Source: Eledone cirrhosa
Lineage: Eukaryota
Direction: 5' to 3'
DNA length: 64,000 bases
NCBI GenBank assembly: GCA_964016885.1
Contig: OZ024745.1
Span: forward strand, 434,001-498,000
The position numbers were made by a program, and so were the translations under genes. This document shows positions 63,301-64,000 of this stretch, in pieces (position 1 is the first letter of the stretch; each line of letters opens with the position of its first letter). The notes under the pieces are model-generated. The model was not told the origin of the DNA and did no database searches. It was given only the letters and a program-made list of their open reading frames with translations.

Positions 63301-64000
63301 CATTGGAACCTTCCATCTAGTCTTCAACAGCAAAGACTTCTATCTCCCTAAATATTGGAACCTTCCATCTAGTCTTCAACAGCAAAGACTTCTATCTCCC
63401 TAAACATTGGAACCTTCCATCTAGTCTTCATCAGCAAAGACTTCTATCTCCCTAAACACTGGAACCTTCCATCTAGTCTTCATCAGCAAAGACTTCTATC
63501 TCCCTAGGAACCTTCCATCTAGTCTTCAACAGCAAAGACTTCTATCTCCCTAAATATTGGAACCTTCCATCTAGTCTTCAACAGCAAAGACTTCTATCTC
63601 CCTAAACATTGGAACCTTCCATCCAGTCTTCAACAGCAAAGACTTCTATCTCCCTAAACATTGGAACCTTCCATCTAGTCTTCATCAGCAAAGACTTCTA
63701 TCTCCCTAAACACTGGAACCTTCCATCTAGTCTTCATCAGCAAAGACTTCTATCTCCCTAGGAACCTTCCATCTAGTCTTCAACAGCAAAGACTTCTATC
63801 TCCCTAAATATTGGAACCTTCCATCTAGTCTTCAACAGCAAAGACTTCTATCTCCCTAAACATTGGAACCTTCCATCTAGTCTTCATCAGCAAAGACTTC
63901 TATCTCCCTAAACACTGGAACCTTCCATCTAGTCTTCATCAGCAAAGACTTCTATCTCCCTAGGAACCTTCCATCTAGTCTTCAACAGCAAAGACTTCTA
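60303..64000. repeat. Second, unrelated 52 bp tandem satellite, ~71 copies, running off the window end
   Basis: catctagtcttcaacag(c/t)aaagacttctatctccctaaacattggaaccttc. Confidence 0.98.

Noticed and set aside
60880-63945. CTGATGA on the minus strand of catcag satellite variants as hammerhead cores
   Set aside because: No downstream GAAA/stem III/NUH; single-base monomer variants.
41090-64000. Regular arrays as possible CRISPR or coding repeats
   Set aside because: Head-to-tail monomers without unique spacers, unit lengths not multiples of 3, no cas genes, eukaryotic context.

Overview
Repeat-saturated eukaryotic DNA, probably intronic or intergenic. The SINE/LINE types and (TA)n load resemble a coleoid cephalopod such as Octopus (inference, no search run). 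No complete host gene is visible. Contents: (1) about 20 5'-truncated copies or fragments of RTE-clade LINEs from at least 4 subfamilies with (GAT)n tails; in two subfamilies the reverse transcriptase carries a C4HC3 PHD-type finger inserted between motif E and the YLG motif. (2) A 5'-truncated Penelope-like element (RT + GIY-YIG, Naiad-like architecture). (3) Several short non-coding inserts in (TA)n tracts carrying type I hammerhead ribozyme folds with palindromic stem III, often with inverted duplications; five mutually dissimilar hammerhead families lie within about 14 kb. (4) Two tRNA-derived SINE families, one CORE-like with a mosaic LINE tail and one Deu/Nin-like with clear TSDs. (5) A decayed Tc1/mariner transposase. 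(6) Three long tandem arrays (58, 52 and 52 bp units) plus very large (TA/CA)n microsatellites. (7) One good and two weak candidate host exons. Most long ORFs in the supplied track are microsatellite artefacts or antisense shadows of LINE ORF2.
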